Assembly (NCBI GenBank): GCA_964199315.1
Contig: OZ116701.1
Location: 19,158,001 to 19,222,000 of the forward strand
Origin: Orbicella franksi
Lineage: Eukaryota
Length of the DNA: 64,000 bases
Reading direction: 5' to 3'
The notes beneath the pieces were generated by a model, which did not search any database, was not told the origin of the DNA, and saw only the letters and a list, made by a program, of their open reading frames with translations. Every line of letters begins with the position of its first letter. Positions within the stretch are counted from its first letter, which is position 1. This document shows positions 61,257 to 64,000 of the stretch, piece after piece. The position numbers were made by a program, and so were the translations under genes.

Positions 61257-61489
61257 CTGGAAAATAAAGTAACGATAGAGACAAACATGAGAAGGTGTCA
61301 CGCAAGAGTCAAGATCTTTTCTTTTTATCACTCACCCACTCTGCACTATAATCCTTGTCATTCTTGCTGGGACATTATCAAGTTGTCATTAATTAAACCT
61401 TACACGTAATGTTTGGACAAGGTTGTTTACTTGCTTTTCCTTATAATATAACCAAAAATGCTTTTGTTTGGTTAGTTATTGCAACATCA

Positions 61490-62616
61490 GTTTCAGAAAG
61501 GTCTTGAAGGTCTTAATTATCGACCAGTTTCAGTCATTCCAGTAATTGCTAAGGTATTCAAGAGGATCGTGTATGACCAGCTATATAGCTTTCTAACTAA
61601 AGAGGACGTAAAGAGGACGTAATTTCTAAACAACAGTCGGGCTTTCGCTCATTGCATTCAACTGTTACTGCTCTATTAGAAGCTACCGATAGTTGGGCGT
61701 TTAAAATCGATCGCGGAAATGTTAATGCTGTAGTTTTTCTCGATTTAAAAAAAGCGTTCGACACTGTTGATCATGAAATTCTTTTAACTAACATGAACCT
61801 TTACGGAGTTCAAGGAAGAGCTCTTGACTGGTTCAACTCATATTTAACTAGCCATACACAACGATGTCTTGTTATTGGTTCTCTTTCCAAACCTGTTTGC
61901 TAAAATGTGGGGTACCTCAAGGAACAATCCTCAGTCCCCTATTATTTCTTATTTACATTAACGACTTGCCCAACTGCTTATCATCATGTCAGCCTAGGAT
62001 GTATGCTAATGACACCCACATCACATATGCAGGAGCTGATCTGAGCTCTATACAGTCTAATCTAAATCACGATCAAAGTAATTTAAACAAATGGCTTACT
62101 TCTAACAAACTTACTTTAAACATGACTAAAACTGAATTTATGTTGATTGGTTCCAGACAAAGATTGAGTACCCTTCCAGATACACTTGAGCTCTCAATTA
62201 ATAATGTTCCAATAAATCATGTCTCCTCAGTCAAATCGCTCGGTGTGTTGATCGACGAAAACCTAACTTGGCAAACCCATATTGATAAATTGTCTAAAAA
62301 GATTGCATCTGGGATTGGTGCCATAAAACGAGTTAGGCCTTTTGTTCCACCAGCTACACTGCTTTATATATACAGCGCTCTAATTCAACCTCATTTTGAC
62401 TACTGCAATCTTGTCTGGGGTAATTGCGGTAAAACTTTGTCGGACAGGCTACAAAAGCTTCAGAACCGCGCCGCTCGCATGTTAACTTCCTCTAGTTATG
62501 ATACTGATGCCAAAGGTCTCATACGACAACTGGGTTGGAAAGATTTGTGTACCCAGCATCAAATTCAGAAAGCCTTAATGGTACATAAATCTTTAAATGG
62601 CTTGGTTCCTGAATAT
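61490..62616 (+). mobile_element. CR1/L2-clade LINE reverse transcriptase fragment (frameshifted)
   Basis: YRPVSVIP, HSTVTALL, FLDLKKAFDTVDH, GVPQGTILSPLLFLIYINDLP, MYANDT, KLQNRAAR. Confidence 0.9.
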
Positions 62617-64000
62617 GTTGTTGGCATCCTCGTCTCCGAGAGGCGATGGTCAGTGCATCAGTGTCGACAGGCTCTTGAGTGACTCAAAAGCCAGATTCTT
62701 GAGTGGCAGTCTTTGTTGCAGCTGGTACAGATGTAGTTGGTGGCCTCACGAACTGATACTTGTCGTTCCTTTCTCGCCGCCCGCTTGATTGTCGCCTCGG
62801 CCCTGGCCTTCGTCTCGGCCCTGAGTGCCCCCTCCTTCACACTGTGACGCCAGGCGGCGCGGTCTTGCACGAGGACCTCCCAGGTATTGGGATTGAATTC
62901 AGCGAGTCGCAGGTCACGCTTGCAAACATCCTTAAAGCGAAGGAGTGGTCGGCCCACATGTCGGGCGCCCTCCCACAGTTCCCCGTAGAGGACTTGCCTT
63001 GGCAAGCAATCGGGTTCGATACGGTGAACATGACTGAGCCACTGTAGGCATCTTTGGATGAGTAGTGTAGGGATGCTTTGCATGTCAGCTCATTGAAGAA
63101 CATTGGTGTTGGAGACTCTGTCCTGCCATTTGATCTAAAGGAGACGCCGAAGGCAGCGTAGGTGGAACCCGTTGAGCCACTTCTCTTGTCTGGCGTATGT
63201 GGGCCACAACTCACTTTCGTAAAGGAGAATGGAAAGGACACAAGATCGGTAGACTTGCAGCTTGGTCCTCTCGCTCAACAGGTCGTTAATCCACACTCTC
63301 TTGTTGAGTTTGGCCATAACGCCGGCTGCCTTGGCAATCCTTGAACTGATCTCGACATCTAGTGACGCCTTGCTTGACACTGTTGACCCTAGGTAAGTGA
63401 AAGAGTCCACGACCTCCAGTTCAGTGTTGTTGATGGTAATGACAGGAGGTGTCTCTGCATCTTGGGCTAGGATGTTTGTCTTCTTTAGACTGATGGTAAG
63501 GCCGAACTCCTTGCAGGCATGAGACAGCTTATCAACCAAGCGTTGAAGGCCTGCCTCGCTGTGGGATGCCAGGGCAGCATCATCCACGAACAACAGCTCG
63601 CGTATGAGCACTTTAAGAGTCTTGGTTTTGGCGCAGAGCCTGGCAATGTTGAAAAGCTTGCCATCTGACCTCGTCCGAATGTATACACCCTCCGAGCAAT
63701 CGGCAAAGGCGTAGTGGAGTAACATCGAAAAGAAAATCCCGAACAGGGTTGGCGCCAAAACGCAGCCCTGCTTTACTCCACTGCTGACTGGGAAGGCATC
63801 CGAGGTGGCTCCATCAAAGCAGATGGTGCTCTGCATGTCCTTGTGGAAGGCGGTGATGAGGGCGAGGAGTTTTGGTGGGCAGCCGATCTTCTGAAGGATT
63901 TGGAAGAGCCCACTACGACTGACCAGGTCAAAGGCTTTTGTCAGGTCCACAAAAGCGAGGAACAATGGCTGCTGCTGCTCACGACACTTCTCCTGCAGCT
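62617..64000 (-). mobile_element. RTE-clade LINE, RT and 3' end
   Basis: FVDLTKAFDLVSR, GVKQGCVLAPTLF, LFVDDAAL, FTYLGS, a terminal CxxC..HxxxC, and a short caacaac tail at about 62617-62623. Confidence 0.9.

Overview
AT-rich, intron-containing animal genomic DNA, most consistent with a scleractinian coral (inference from gene and repeat content). 1-51 kb is a tandem array of four copies of a secreted signal peptide-PAN/Apple-EGF-fibrinogen-like (USOMP5-like) gene: one 5'-incomplete in this window, two potentially functional, one pseudogene. The array is heavily invaded by mobile DNA. Intron 1 of copy 3 holds a 16.3-kb insertion (15234-31494) with a 12-bp target duplication and inverted Penelope-derived ends. 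It carries a spliced ~1,550-aa gene in which a RAG1/Transib/Chapaev-type DDE transposase (D, D, CxxC, LH, Hx4H, E all recoverable by manual exon joining) is fused to a Ulp1/SENP protease, plus an intronless Ser/Thr kinase and a two-exon C2H2 gene. Intron 1 of copy 4 holds a 7-kb TTAA-flanked, long-TIR Sola3-like element whose catalytic segment is amplified 9 x 195 bp. 53.8-61.3 kb carries the last nine exons of BROX (minus strand), followed by CR1/L2 and RTE LINE fragments. All family assignments are by motif recognition only; no searches were run.
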